A stretch of 62,997 bases of DNA, filler included, from a bacterium (GTDB lineage Bacteria; UBA9089; CG2-30-40-21; SBAY01): assembly GCA_040757115.1 (NCBI GenBank). It is 12 parts of 12 records of this genome, joined end to end, with 100 filler letters (N's around TTAATTAATTAA, not from the genome) between each part and the next. Parts side by side here need not be neighbours in the genome. Positions count along the whole stretch, not along the records: positions 29,355 to 32,709 come from JBFLYA010000336.1; positions 32,810 to 36,133 come from JBFLYA010000337.1; positions 36,234 to 39,542 come from JBFLYA010000338.1; positions 39,643 to 42,943 come from JBFLYA010000339.1; 8 more parts are not named here. The stretch is one strand, 5' to 3'. Shown piece by piece: positions 30,427-40,790 of the stretch. The position numbers were made by a program, and so were the translations under genes. Each line of letters begins with the position of its first letter. Positions within the stretch are counted from its first letter, which is position 1. The notes beneath the pieces are model-generated. The model saw nothing but the letters and a program-made list of their open reading frames with translations. It had not been told where the DNA came from and did no database searches.

Positions 30427-31044
30427 GTAAGTGTTTAGCGTGTTCTGAATGACGCTAATTTAAGGCGTAACTCTTTGGTAAATAATAGGATACCGCTGTA
30501 AAATATTCCACGAAGAGATTAATGCAAATATCAAAATGTCGTAAGCGTTCAGGTGGTGTAACAAAAGGAGATATGGAGATTAAGGGGATAAGGGGATATT
30601 ATTTAAAAAATTGAAATTAGTAGAAACTGATAGAAATTTATGGAAACTTGTTGTTTTCCACCATCAATTTCTACCTATTTCTATAAATTTCAATCTATTT
30701 CTATTATCTTATCTCCATATCTCCCTTATCTCCTTATCCCCTTTCTTACACTTTTGATATATAGCCTGAACGGTTACAAAATGTCCAAAGCAAAATTACA
30801 AAGCAAAATGCAAAAATACTTGTAAGGGAACAAAAAAATCAAATATTAAAAATCAAAAATAAGAATAAAAGAATTCCTTAATTTTGATATTTGCTCTTTG
30901 ATTTTTGATATGATATTTGATATGTCATTTTGCATTTTAATATTTAATTTTTAATTTTGTATTACAAAACTTATTGTATTTCAAATAGTTTTGTAATAAC
31001 TCAATATTTTCCCTTCATGTTTTCTGACCACGCTAAACAGATAC
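30427..31044. mobile_element. IS66-like MITE (GTAAGTGTTTAGCGTG ends) with TSD ATCAACAC
   Basis: TSD at 30419-30426 and 31045-31052; uninterrupted relative at 56223-56408. Confidence 0.88.
30541..30777. mobile_element. Complete 237-bp IS66-like MITE with TSD AAAATGTC
   Basis: GTAAGCGTTCAGG...CCTGAACGGTTAC; TSD at 30533-30540 and 30778-30785. Confidence 0.92.
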
Positions 31045-31063
31045 ATCAACACAGTAGTCTGAC

Positions 31064-32353
31064 CTAAATTTTCTGACTTACTGCTTTAAATCCATATTTG
31101 CTTGCTTCTATTGTTTTTTCAATATCTTGCGTTGTATGAGCAATAGAGACAAAACCTGCCTCAAACTGAGAGGGGGCTAAATAAATTCCTTGATTTAACA
31201 TCTCTTTGAAAAATGTGGCATAAGCAATAATATCTGCTTTCTTAGCCGATTGGTAATCAACGACCTCCTCATCAGTGAAAAAGATACAAAATAAAGAGGC
31301 AATTTTAGTCACAAATGGTTTTATTCCACAATCTTTTGCCACATCTTGTAGCCCCTGGATTAACAGTGTTGTTTTTTTATCCAATTCTTCATAGATATCA
31401 GGAAGTATTTTAAGTGTTTGGATGCCGGCTTGCATAGCGATTGGATTACCGGATAAAGTTCCCGCCTGATAAACACCACCCAGAGGAGCAACCAGCTCCA
31501 TAATTTCTCTTTTCCCACCATAAGCACCAACGGGAAATCCACCTCCAATGATTTTTCCCAGACAAGTTATATCTGGTTTTATTCCATAGAGTTGTTGAGC
31601 ACCACCATAAGCAACCCTAAATCCAGTAATCACCTCATCAAAGATAAGTAAAATGCCATATTGTTGACTAATTTCTCGTAATCCCTGTAAAAATCCTTCT
31701 TTGGGTAGGATTAATCCCATATTTGCGGCAACGGGTTCGACGATTACGCAAGCGATTTGTTCCCCTTGTTTTTTTATCACCTCTTTGATGCTCTCAATAT
31801 CATTGTAAGGTAAAGTAATCGTGTGATTAGCCAGGTCTTTGGGTATACCCAGACTATCCGGGATACCTAATGTTGTCGCCCCTGACCCCGCCTTAACTAA
31901 CAAACTATCACTATGTCCATGGTAACAACCTTCAAATTTAACTATTTTATCTCGTTTTGTATAACCTCTGGCTAATCTAATGGCACTCATTACTGCCTCA
32001 GTGCCAGAATTGACCATTCGGATGAGTTCAATTGATGGTATTGCCTCGATTATCTTTTTGGCTAATTCGAGTTCTATTTCAGTTGACGCACCAAAGGTTG
32101 TCCCTTTATCGCAGGCGTGTTTTACTGCCTCAATGACTTGAGGATGGCAATGTCCTAAAATGAGCGGTCCCCAGGAACAGACATAGTCAATATATTCATT
32201 GCCATTGGCATCATAAATCTTTGACCCAAAACCGCGCTCAATGAATAGTGGGTTGAGACCAACAGCCTTAAAAGCCCTGACTGGACTATTCACACCACCA
32301 ACAAGGTATTGATTTGCTTTTTTAAATAGCTCTTTTGATATGCCTAATTCCAT
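31064..32353 (-). CDS. hemL: Glutamate-1-semialdehyde 2,1-aminomutase
   Basis: [25 protein letters not shown] and QAGTLSGNP motifs. The ORF-track N-terminal extension is repeat DNA. Confidence 0.96.
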   Translation of the reverse strand: MELGISKELFKKANQYLVGGVNSPVRAFKAVGLNPLFIERGFGSKIYDANGNEYIDYVCSWGPLILGHCHPQVIEAVKHACDKGTTFGASTEIELELAKKIIEAIPSIELIRMVNSGTEAVMSAIRLARGYTKRDKIVKFEGCYHGHSDSLLVKAGSGATTLGIPDSLGIPKDLANHTITLPYNDIESIKEVIKKQGEQIACVIVEPVAANMGLILPKEGFLQGLREISQQYGILLIFDEVITGFRVAYGGAQQLYGIKPDITCLGKIIGGGFPVGAYGGKREIMELVAPLGGVYQAGTLSGNPIAMQAGIQTLKILPDIYEELDKKTTLLIQGLQDVAKDCGIKPFVTKIASLFCIFFTDEEVVDYQSAKKADIIAYATFFKEMLNQGIYLAPSQFEAGFVSIAHTTQDIEKTIEASKYGFKAVSQKI

Positions 32354-32416
32354 TCGTAGGTAATTATACACTATGAAGTTAATGAGGTCAAGAGATTTTT
32401 TAAAGAAACTTACCCA

Positions 32417-32583
32417 TATAGTGGTTATTAACTGGAAGTTTACATAGGATAATACCCATAAATAAGGCATGAGAATAATCGTTCCGTTAGGAACATAATA
32501 TCGGTAGAAATAGATAGACAAATCAATACAGTTCCGTAGGAACGATATATTGGTAGAAAATTTATGGAAAGCCATTTACCAAT
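32417..32583. repeat. TATAG-ended element with GTTCCGTAGGAAC REP-like hairpins
   Basis: Inverted near-copy at 46442-46587. Confidence 0.75.
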
Positions 32584-33198
32584 ATGTAACCGTTCAGGCT
32601 ATATATCAAAAGTGTAAGAAAGGGGATAAGGAGATAAGAGTGATATGGAGATAAGATAATAGAAATAGATTGAAATTTATAGAAATAGGTAGAAATTGAT
32701 TGTGGAAAANNNNNNNNNNNNNNNNNNNNNNNNNNNNNNNNNNNNNNNNNNNNTTAATTAATTAANNNNNNNNNNNNNNNNNNNNNNNNNNNNNNNNNNN
32801 NNNNNNNNNCGCCCTTTTAACCCCAAAAAATCTCCCTTCTGGGTTGTCAAAGAATTTTTTTCTTCCCAAACTACCTTTCGCTCTCTCCTAATATAATTGT
32901 TATCAACCTTACCTATCCATTTGTTGAGAAAGCTCAATGATTAGAAGGTATCCCTCAATACTACCTTGTAGAATAACCAAATAAGCTTCTATGGCAGACA
33001 GTATAAAGGGGGACTGGGGGATTGCAATCCCCCAGCAGGGGCTTGAGGACAGCGTCCCCAAAATATTTATCCCTTTATTTCCAATTGCACAGGTGAAAAA
33101 ACTTCTTTCTCCTTTTAAAAACAGAAGATTTCTGTACCAGGCAAAATTTACTTGACAACAAACTTTTGCACGAAAATATTTATAACTTTCTCAATAAA

Positions 33199-33355
33199 CA
33201 TATCGCTCCTATGGAGCTAATTTGATGTTGAGACGATAAAGCTATAAACATCTCGCCCTTACAGGACTGAATATATTTTATAAACTCCGTTAGGAGTGAT
33301 ATATTTGTAGACTATGATAATCCTTAAAGAATTCAGCTCCGTAGGAGCGAAATGT
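33199..33355. repeat. REP-like cluster (GCTCCTATGGAGC / CTCCGTAGGAG)
   Basis: Four related short hairpins arranged as an inverted pair of doublets. Confidence 0.7.
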
Positions 33356-33524
33356 TTAACTGTGATTTTTGTGACAGAAAAATAAACAATCTTAATCTTT
33401 AACTTCTTTAATTTTAATATCTTAAATATTATTTGTGTTTATTCGTAGATTTATACATTAAATTTCCTGCAAAAGTTTGTTGACAACATTAAAATAGAAT
33501 GTTATCATAAAATTCAGGCTAACG

Positions 33525-33719
33525 ATGTCAAGGATAAAATTTTTCTGGACAATTCTTATGATGTTCTTTTTCCTTACAACTGTTATTACGGGTTTGATAC
33601 AGGTAAATTTAGACTTACATCAATTCATTTATCACAAATATAGTGCTTATTTGACGATATTTTTTGTGCTTGGGCATACTTATTTTAATTGGCATAAATT
33701 ATTAAAAAGGAAGGGATAA
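33525..33719 (+). CDS. Small two-TM His-containing protein (cytochrome b/DUF4405-like)
   Basis: TGL...H...H...W pattern. Confidence 0.6.
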   Translation: MSRIKFFWTILMMFFFLTTVITGLIQVNLDLHQFIYHKYSAYLTIFFVLGHTYFNWHKLLKRKG

Positions 33720-33721
33720 GA

Positions 33722-34576
33722 TTGCTTTCCAGACGCAATTTCCTGAGTAAAATTGGACTTTTAGGTTTAGGTGTCCCATTTTTTAATAAATGGTTTGCAC
33801 CGCCAGAGGCTACTTCCGCACCTAATCTGGATATTGCAGAACAATATCACCAGGAAAGTAGACATACATTATTCAATATACTTTTAGGTAGCGGGAGTAA
33901 GGAACATACCTCGCCTTTATTCAAAAAATACATAGTGGCAGAAAAGATTAAATTACCACAGGATTTTAAATATCGGGGAATATCGGTTGAAGAGGCGATT
34001 ATTAGAAGGAGGTCGAGACGAAATTTTATTCAAAAACCGATTTCATTAAAAGAATTATCCTGCTTGCTTTATTATGCCAGTGGAATAACGCAAGGAAAAG
34101 GCTCACAGGGATTACGAGCCGCACCTTCTGCCGGGGCACTTTATCCCATAGAAATTTATCCTGTTATTCATCTGGTTGAAGGTATAAAACCTGGAATATA
34201 CCATTATTCTATTGAAGACCACTTATTAGAATTGCTAAAACAGGGAGACTATCGTCAGAAACTTTCACAACACTGTTTAGGACAGGAGTTTGTTGGGAAA
34301 TCTGCGGTAGCATTTATTATGACCGCTATATTTGCCAGGACAAAATCGAAATATCATCATCGTGCCTACCGTTATGCATTGATTGAAGCCGGACATATTG
34401 CTGAAAATCTCTATCTATCTGCCATCTCAATGGGATTAGGCATTTGTGCTGTAGGCGCCTTTTTCGACGACCCAATCAACCAGACACTTGAAATTGATGG
34501 GATAAAAGAATCAGCAATATATATTACAGTGGTAGGAAATCAAGTTATCAGTAACAGGATTTATCAGGATTTGTAA
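33722..34576 (+). CDS. SagB/ThcOx-family nitroreductase-fold dehydrogenase with Tat-like leader
   Basis: RRRSRR, PSAGALYP and EAGHIAEN motifs; N-terminal SRRNFL. Confidence 0.85.
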   Translation: MLSRRNFLSKIGLLGLGVPFFNKWFAPPEATSAPNLDIAEQYHQESRHTLFNILLGSGSKEHTSPLFKKYIVAEKIKLPQDFKYRGISVEEAIIRRRSRRNFIQKPISLKELSCLLYYASGITQGKGSQGLRAAPSAGALYPIEIYPVIHLVEGIKPGIYHYSIEDHLLELLKQGDYRQKLSQHCLGQEFVGKSAVAFIMTAIFARTKSKYHHRAYRYALIEAGHIAENLYLSAISMGLGICAVGAFFDDPINQTLEIDGIKESAIYITVVGNQVISNRIYQDL

Positions 34577-34692
34577 GATATAAAATAATCCTGCCAATCT
34601 GCGAGAAAAACCTTGCCTCCAAAATCACAAAACTATAGTTTCAATTAAAACCTCTTGCAATTCAGAATATTTTATGATATGATAATTATATT

Positions 34693-35778
34693 ATGAAAAT
34701 AGCAACTATTGTGGGTGCCAGACCCCAGTTTATCAAACTCAGTCCCCTTTCTCAAAAACTGAGAATGAATTGTAAAGAAATCTTGATTCATACCGGACAA
34801 CATTACGATTACGAGATGTCAAAGGTGTTTTTTGATGAATTGGGAATACCTGCACCAGATTACCATCTTGAGGTTGGGTCTGAGAGTCATGGTGTTCAAA
34901 CAGGGAAAATGCTGATTAAAATAGAGGAGGCACTGGTTAAAGAAAAACCAGATATGGTTTTAGTTTATGGGGATACTAATTCCACTTTAGCCGGGGCATT
35001 AGCCACTTCAAAGATAAATATCCCGATTGGACATGTAGAGGCGGGTTTGCGTTCTTTTGACAAAGGTATGCCAGAAGAAATAAATAGAGTAGTGACAGAC
35101 CATTTGTCTTCTTTTTGCTTTGCCCCGACTAAAACTGCGGTTGATAATTTGAAAAAGGAAGGGATTGAAAATGGAGTTTATTTAACTGGTGATGTGATGT
35201 ATGATGCGGCAATTAAAGGCATAGAAATCGCTAAGTCTAAATCACAGATATTTAACCAACTAAATTTAAAAGAAAAAGATTACCTGCTTGTTACCATTCA
35301 TCGACAGGGAAATACGGATGTTTTAGAAAATCTTACTTCTCTTGTTGAAAGTCTGGTAGAACTGGATGAAAAGATTGTCTTTCCGATTCATCCGCGAACT
35401 AAAAAGGTGCTAAAAGAATATGGACTTTTAAGTAAATTAGAAAGCAGTCCTTATGTAATAATTATTTCACCCGTAGGATACCTTGATTTTCTTCTTTTAG
35501 AGTCTGGGGCGAAAAAGATTCTCACAGATTCAGGCGGGATTCAAAAAGAGGCATATTTCTTTAAAGTTCCGTGCATTACTTTAAGAGAGAATACTGAGTG
35601 GGTAGAGACCGTAGAAGATGGCTGGAATATTTTAGTTGGCACAAATAAAAACCAGATTAGCCAGGCAGTTCTTGAATTCAATCCACAGAATAAACAAAGG
35701 GATGTTTTTGGTGATGGGAAGGCAAGTGAAAAAATTGCAGAGATTTTTATTGATTTTAAAGGCAATTGTGTGATATAA
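34693..35778 (+). CDS. wecB: UDP-N-acetylglucosamine 2-epimerase (non-hydrolysing)
   Basis: GARPQFIK, HTGQHYD, HVEAGLRS and TDSGG motifs. Confidence 0.93.
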   Translation: MKIATIVGARPQFIKLSPLSQKLRMNCKEILIHTGQHYDYEMSKVFFDELGIPAPDYHLEVGSESHGVQTGKMLIKIEEALVKEKPDMVLVYGDTNSTLAGALATSKINIPIGHVEAGLRSFDKGMPEEINRVVTDHLSSFCFAPTKTAVDNLKKEGIENGVYLTGDVMYDAAIKGIEIAKSKSQIFNQLNLKEKDYLLVTIHRQGNTDVLENLTSLVESLVELDEKIVFPIHPRTKKVLKEYGLLSKLESSPYVIIISPVGYLDFLLLESGAKKILTDSGGIQKEAYFFKVPCITLRENTEWVETVEDGWNILVGTNKNQISQAVLEFNPQNKQRDVFGDGKASEKIAEIFIDFKGNCVI

Positions 35779-36460
35779 TTTGTAATTATTACTTTTCTAT
35801 TGCAATATTTTATCTAATATATTATAATCGTTGATAGTTTATAGTTGATAGTTAAAGGACTATAGACTATAAACCATAAACGAGTTTTGCATTTTGCTCT
35901 TTGAAGGAAATTGATAAAAATAGAGGTTTTAAATACCCGCTTAAAAACTACAGTTTCCTAATTTTGCAGAACTCGTAACCGTTCAGGCTATATATCAAAA
36001 GTGTAAAAAAGGGGATAAGGAGATAAGAGTGATATGGAGATAAGATAATAGAAATAGATTGAAATTTATAGAAATAGGTAGAAATTGATTGTGGAAAACA
36101 ACAAATTTCCATAAATTTCTATTAGTTTCTATTNNNNNNNNNNNNNNNNNNNNNNNNNNNNNNNNNNNNNNNNNNNNTTAATTAATTAANNNNNNNNNNN
36201 NNNNNNNNNNNNNNNNNNNNNNNNNNNNNNNNNGCATTTTGATATTTATATTTGATATTTAATATTTGATATTTGATATTTATTTGTTGTCTCCCTCAAA
36301 TCCTATTTTGCAGAACCCTATACACTATTTTAACCTTTATGCTAGATTAAGACACCACCTAAAATTTCCCATTTTTCATTTCCTATTTTACATTTATTTT
36401 TCCTTTGCGTGTCTGCGATGAATTAGTCTAATCGCACAGGTCGAAAAATATCGTAACCGT

Positions 36461-36862
36461 TCACCGCACAGACAAAAGAGTTCGCATACGTGTCTGCGGT
36501 AAAGGACTACCTGCGTTTGTCTCTATCTTTTCAATAATTAAGGCTACTTTTTCCCTTAGATCAGGGATGTTATCTTTCACCGTATCCCAAATAGCATCAG
36601 TGTCTACACCAAGATAATCATGTATTAGTTTGTCTCTCATGCCAGCAATCTTTTTCCATGAGATATGAGGATATTTGTCTCTAAAGGTATCTGAAAAACG
36701 CTTTGTTGCTTCTCCTATTATTTCCAATTGTCTTATTATACTGTCCTGAATTTGGGTATCCTCAATAAAGATCTCATAATCAATACCCACGGTGTACTTT
36801 TCAATTTTTGCTATTGCATCCAAAATATGCCTCAAATATATGGTATCATCTTTTTTCATCAT
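36461..36862 (-). CDS. HEPN/DUF86 toxin (HepT-like)
   Basis: LEIIGEA and GMRDKLIHDY (RX4H) motifs; C-terminal tail runs into a MITE end at 36453. Confidence 0.9.
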   Translation of the reverse strand: MMKKDDTIYLRHILDAIAKIEKYTVGIDYEIFIEDTQIQDSIIRQLEIIGEATKRFSDTFRDKYPHISWKKIAGMRDKLIHDYLGVDTDAIWDTVKDNIPDLREKVALIIEKIETNAGSPLPQTRMRTLLSVR

Positions 36863-37142
36863 AAACTACCTTTAGCTCTTTCATTATTTTGTCTCTTAAG
36901 TAGGGACTTATTGATTTTTCTGTCAGCAAATCTACTTTGATACCTAACTCTTCAGACAACTCCATTTCTATTCCTACTAAATCAAGCAAACTCTTTCTCT
37001 TTGAAAATCTTACTAAAAGGTCTAAATCACTCTTTCTGGTAAAATGATCCCTTGCGTAAGAGCCAAATACCCCAAGAAATGTTACATCATATTTCTTACA
37101 TGTTTGTTGTAATTTAGTTTCATCTATAATTGCTTTTCCCAT
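36846..37142 (-). CDS. Minimal nucleotidyltransferase antitoxin (MntA-like)
   Basis: FGSYAR...SDLDLLV motif. Confidence 0.9.
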   Translation of the reverse strand: MGKAIIDETKLQQTCKKYDVTFLGVFGSYARDHFTRKSDLDLLVRFSKRKSLLDLVGIEMELSEELGIKVDLLTEKSISPYLRDKIMKELKVVYDEKR

Positions 37143-37153
37143 TTGTTTATCTC

Positions 37154-37879
37154 CTAGTGCTCTGTCGCTATTCAAGTGATTGATTGGCCGTTGTCCCCCG
37201 CTGGCGGGGGTCTAATCCTTACCCACAAGTTGGGTAACAAGATGAAGTAAGCAAGGATAAACTATAAACGGGAGATTAGAGATTGCAGGAGAGCGGAGTG
37301 AGTGGCAAAATTCCAAATCACAAATTCCAAAATACAAATAAATTCCAATGACCAAAATTCAAAATTCCAAACAATATGATTTAGAAGAAAGAACTTATCA
37401 ATTTGCTCAAGAGGTTGCTTTATTCTGTAAGAAACTACCTAAAACTATTACTAATATCGAATATGTAAAGCAAATAATTAGGGCTTCGGGTTCAGTTGGA
37501 GCAAACTATATTGAGGCAAATGAGTCTTTAGGCTCGAAAGATTTTAAGATGAGAATAAAGATTTGTCGTAAAGAATCAAAAGAATCTGCTTATTGGTTAA
37601 GATTAATAATTGGAACTAACGATGAAAAATTTAAACAAGAAGGAGAAAGGCTTTTCAAGGAGGCAATAGAATTGAAGAAAATTTTTTCTTCAATTATTGA
37701 AAAGTCTAAATGAATTTCCATCGTTGTAATATAAACTTTGGAATTTAGTGTTTGGAATTTGGAATTTATTTGGAATTTGGTGCTTGGAATTTGGAATTTC
37801 TATCTAATCTGTCCACTAAAAGATGTGGGTAATGATTAGGCCAAGGGAGGACATCAATTGAGTAGCGACAGAGCACTAG
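37154..37879. mobile_element. Family A MITE expanded by a nested element (37212-37839) carrying a four-helix-bundle gene
   Basis: Outer CTAGTGCTCTGTCGC TIR; inner CTAATCCTTACCCACA/TGTGGGTAATGATTAG TIR. Confidence 0.88.
37348..37713 (+). CDS. Four helix bundle protein
   Basis: YDLEER, SGSVGANYIEA and KESAYWL motifs; flanked by AAATTCC/GGAATTT arrays. Confidence 0.9.
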   Translation: MTKIQNSKQYDLEERTYQFAQEVALFCKKLPKTITNIEYVKQIIRASGSVGANYIEANESLGSKDFKMRIKICRKESKESAYWLRLIIGTNDEKFKQEGERLFKEAIELKKIFSSIIEKSK

Positions 37880-37906
37880 TCTCTTTTTTACCTTTTATCA
37901 AATGGT

Positions 37907-38153
37907 GGCTAACGGGATGCGGATGAGCGAAGTGCCCCTTTAGGGGCATTTTGGCTTCAGCCGTTCATCTGCTGATAGCCGAAGTGACGCTTCGCAACTT
38001 CCCTTTTTCAAAGATTCCCCTTGAGTTATATAAAGCTTCCGCCTTTCGCTCGTCCGCATCCCGATAACCAAAATGGAGCGAAGCGACATTCTGGTTATCG
38101 ATTTGCGTGTTTATGAAATTGCTGAAGGCAATTTCGTAAACACGCTGTTAGAC
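37907..38153 (-). other. Unusually long attC-like site
   Basis: Minus strand R'' GTCTAAC overlaps the HEPN stop; R' GTTAGCC; three internal hairpins. Confidence 0.6.
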
Positions 38154-38585
38154 GCTCTTGGTTGCTTCCTTTTTAGTATCATTGACAAAATTAATCTTAT
38201 TTAAGACAAACTCTTTTACCTTCTTAGCTATTTCAAGAGCTTCCTCAGCAGCTTCTATTCCTGGTTCAAGCCAGACATCAGGATAACGAACTTCTACTGC
38301 ATAATCAGTTAAGTTATCCGCATCTTCCAACTCATCTTTGAAAGAGAATTCTACGGTAGCACATAATTCTAACAAGTCTGCTATCTTATGAGTCTTGGTA
38401 AAATAAATTTGATGGTATACTAAAAATGCCTTCAAATACTTCTCTACAGCCTGCTGACAATGAAAACATACCGTTTCTGTAACAGGGTCTTCAAAGGACA
38501 ATTCTCTTTCTACGCTCAAAAGATCTTTATCTGCCTTCTTTATCCATTTATTAACCAAATCCTTAATAACTTCATCTCGATTCAT
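38148..38585 (-). CDS. HEPN domain protein
   Basis: CFHCQQAVEKYLKA, KTH and VRYP motifs. Confidence 0.9.
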   Translation of the reverse strand: MNRDEVIKDLVNKWIKKADKDLLSVERELSFEDPVTETVCFHCQQAVEKYLKAFLVYHQIYFTKTHKIADLLELCATVEFSFKDELEDADNLTDYAVEVRYPDVWLEPGIEAAEEALEIAKKVKEFVLNKINFVNDTKKEATKSV

Positions 38586-38889
38586 AAATAACCTTCCCAA
38601 ATTTGTTTGCAGGATAGATAATGGTGCCAATAATATCCTTGTAGGTTTCAAATTCTTCAGCAGTTTTTACAATCACATCCACTGGAATTTTCAAACCAGC
38701 CAGTATCTTTCTAACTTTACGACTCTGTATACGTGCTGGCACATTACTATCTTTAATAATCAACAAATCCAAATCACTATCTTCTGTGGGGGTTCCGTTA
38801 GCATAAGAACCAAAAAGAATTATTTTTTGAGGCTTGAAGTTTTCTGCAATTCTTGTTTTAATTTCATCTATTTGCTCTTGACTTACCAT
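38572..38889 (-). CDS. Nucleotidyltransferase domain protein (MNT)
   Basis: LFGSYANG...SDLDLLII motif. Confidence 0.9.
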   Translation of the reverse strand: MVSQEQIDEIKTRIAENFKPQKIILFGSYANGTPTEDSDLDLLIIKDSNVPARIQSRKVRKILAGLKIPVDVIVKTAEEFETYKDIIGTIIYPANKFGKVIYESR

Positions 38890-38962
38890 TAAACTCCCTC
38901 CTGCGTAAATTTTGCCAATGATATCCTGATAAATCTTCCTCCTTATCCCAGCGACCAATGGC

Positions 38963-39044
38963 GTCTAACGTTCCTGATGTAAAAAAAGTTTTGCAAAGCA
39001 AAATTTGGACGAAGTGAAACAAAGTCTTTTACATCATGTTATAT
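38963..39044 (-). other. Integron attC site
   Basis: Minus strand ATATAAC...TGATGTAAAA/TTTTACATCA...GTTAGAC, 82 bp. Confidence 0.8.
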
Positions 39045-39085
39045 GCTGTGCCGTGCCCTTTTATAATCATATTCAAAGTAAACTC

Positions 39086-39286
39086 TTATTCCTTTCTCAA
39101 TAAAACCCCTTTCTCGCTTGGTCTAACTTGAGCTACTCCATCTAAGTGTTTGATATTCTCTAACCCTTTCTTTGTGGTCTCAACTCCTACAATATCTGTA
39201 AAATTGGAAACAAATAGGATATTACCATATTCTTTAATCCTCTCAATTGTTTGACTATCCTTGATTTTGGCTAAGATTCTAATCAT
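39086..39286 (-). CDS. Small hypothetical protein (possible protease propeptide/inhibitor-like)
   Basis: ATGA-coupled to an S8 fragment and followed by attC. Confidence 0.5.
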   Translation of the reverse strand: MIRILAKIKDSQTIERIKEYGNILFVSNFTDIVGVETTKKGLENIKHLDGVAQVRPSEKGVLLRKE

Positions 39287-39542
39287 TTTTCTAACACCTC
39301 CACTAACTTATGAATATTGAGCAATCCATACCCCTGTTCATTTCTTCTATATCCCAAGTCCTTGCAACTCTGTTTCATAGAGTTTATCACCCCTTCTTTA
39401 TCTTGATACTTACTGAAAAGAGAAGCTAATGTGCCTGTTATTATTGGTGTGGAGATAGAAGTTCCCATAACCTTAAATTTGCCAATAGAAAGAGAACCCG
39501 GGGCTAGCAAATCCGGCTTTTCTTGAAATACAAACCCTCTAC
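39283..39542 (-). CDS. S8 subtilase C-terminal fragment (cut by gap)
   Basis: KPDLLAPG, GTSISTP and QGYG motifs. Confidence 0.75.
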
Positions 39543-39718
39543 NNNNNNNNNNNNNNNNNNNNNNNNNNNNNNNNNNNNNNNNNNNNTTAATTAATTAANN
39601 NNNNNNNNNNNNNNNNNNNNNNNNNNNNNNNNNNNNNNNNNNGGAAGGAGTTTCTTATGATACCTGGTGTATATCGCTAGAAGAAGCCGAAAGTTATCTA
39701 CGCCAACTTGATCAATTT

Positions 39719-40530
39719 GTGGAAGAGATAGAATACGCTCGGCACGAGTTTCGCAGTCGGCTTGACCGTTACCAACGTGAGACAACCCCAGAGACACGGG
39801 TAGACCTTCAAAGTTCAATTGCGTATTTTGAGAAGCATATTCGTCCACTCGTCATTCAACAGCGAGTTCCAGAACGACATTTTGTAACCCCTGCCGATAC
39901 ACTTGAGTTTGGAATTGACGAAAGTGGAAGGGATATGAATTTCGTCAACTCTTTCATGGCCTTGACTACCTAAATAAGATATTTGTCCTCCGTGTCAAAC
40001 TTTTAAGAGAAGCACCCGATTTACGTTTGACCCGCGAGATGACACGTTCTCAGGTCTATCGCTATGCTCTCCTATACTACTATTTGGCTCCGTACGAAGA
40101 ACTCCGTGTAAAGTCGGTGCAATTTGCTTCGCCGGGTTCTATTAGTCTGGAAGGTTTGGGTGACGCTATTCGTGAGTTAAAAGACCTTTTTCACTATATC
40201 GTTACATTCCAATTCGTAAAAGATTTCGTTGATTTGTACGACCACTTCAAGTACGACAGACCAATTGAGCGGGCAGAGAAGCGAATGAAATTAAAGGAAT
40301 TGGTCCGCCGTGAGCAATCTCAAGAACGCAGTTTTGCGATGCAAGAGTTGGGAGAGTACAAAGAGTTTCTTGAGAAGATGAATCAGATTGCCGACCTTAC
40401 CATTGAACTCGACAAAAAAGGACTTGCTCGCGGTGTACTGGTTGAAGAAATAGCAATCAAGTCAATCTCTATGCTTCATCGGCTAGGATTTGATGAACAG
40501 AAAATCAGATTTGGTTTACGCCAACAGTAA
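39719..40530 (+). pseudogene. Hypothetical cassette gene, apparently split in two
   Basis: Two consecutive ORFs (39719-39973, 40027-40530) without good starts; ASPG motif; GGCTAAC half-site downstream. Confidence 0.45.
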
Positions 40531-40698
40531 GTATTATGTATGGTTGCCTTTTATGAGTATTACTTTTCCAAACAAAGACAGGGGCTAACCAAGAAAGAAG
40601 GCAAAGGGGGCAGGTCTCAACTTTTAACAAGGTTAACTTCTTTGATATATTTAACCGTAATAATCAAAAGTCAAAGAATGGGGGGGCAAATTTTCGAT

Positions 40699-40727
40699 TT
40701 GACAAAATGGTGATAGTCTGGTATAAT
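40699..40727 (+). promoter_or_regulatory. Consensus sigma70 promoter of the TA pair
   Basis: TTGACA-17-TATAAT. Confidence 0.75.
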
Positions 40728-40790
40728 TTGATTAGAAGATGAGGGCGATTCTTCTTAATCAGTATATATGCAAAAGGGTGTAATTGGTAA

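Noticed and set aside
30640-30825. Repeated ORF METCCFPPSISTYF... (also the N-terminus of 60648-61184)
   Set aside because: Translation of the non-coding 237-bp MITE; the apparent fusion to transposase is an artefact of adjacency.
32354-32575. N-terminal extension of HemL
   Set aside because: Open frame through REP-like repeat; homology begins at about [10 protein letters not shown].
32810-33160. GC hairpin region as a structured ncRNA
   Set aside because: Looks like an IS terminal region at a contig start; no family motif recognised.
33722-34576. RiPP (azole) biosynthetic cluster
   Set aside because: No YcaO, precursor peptide or transporter on the contig.
37300-37800. Short periodic arrays as CRISPR
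   Set aside because: Units are 7-9 nt with no unique spacers, and no cas genes are present.
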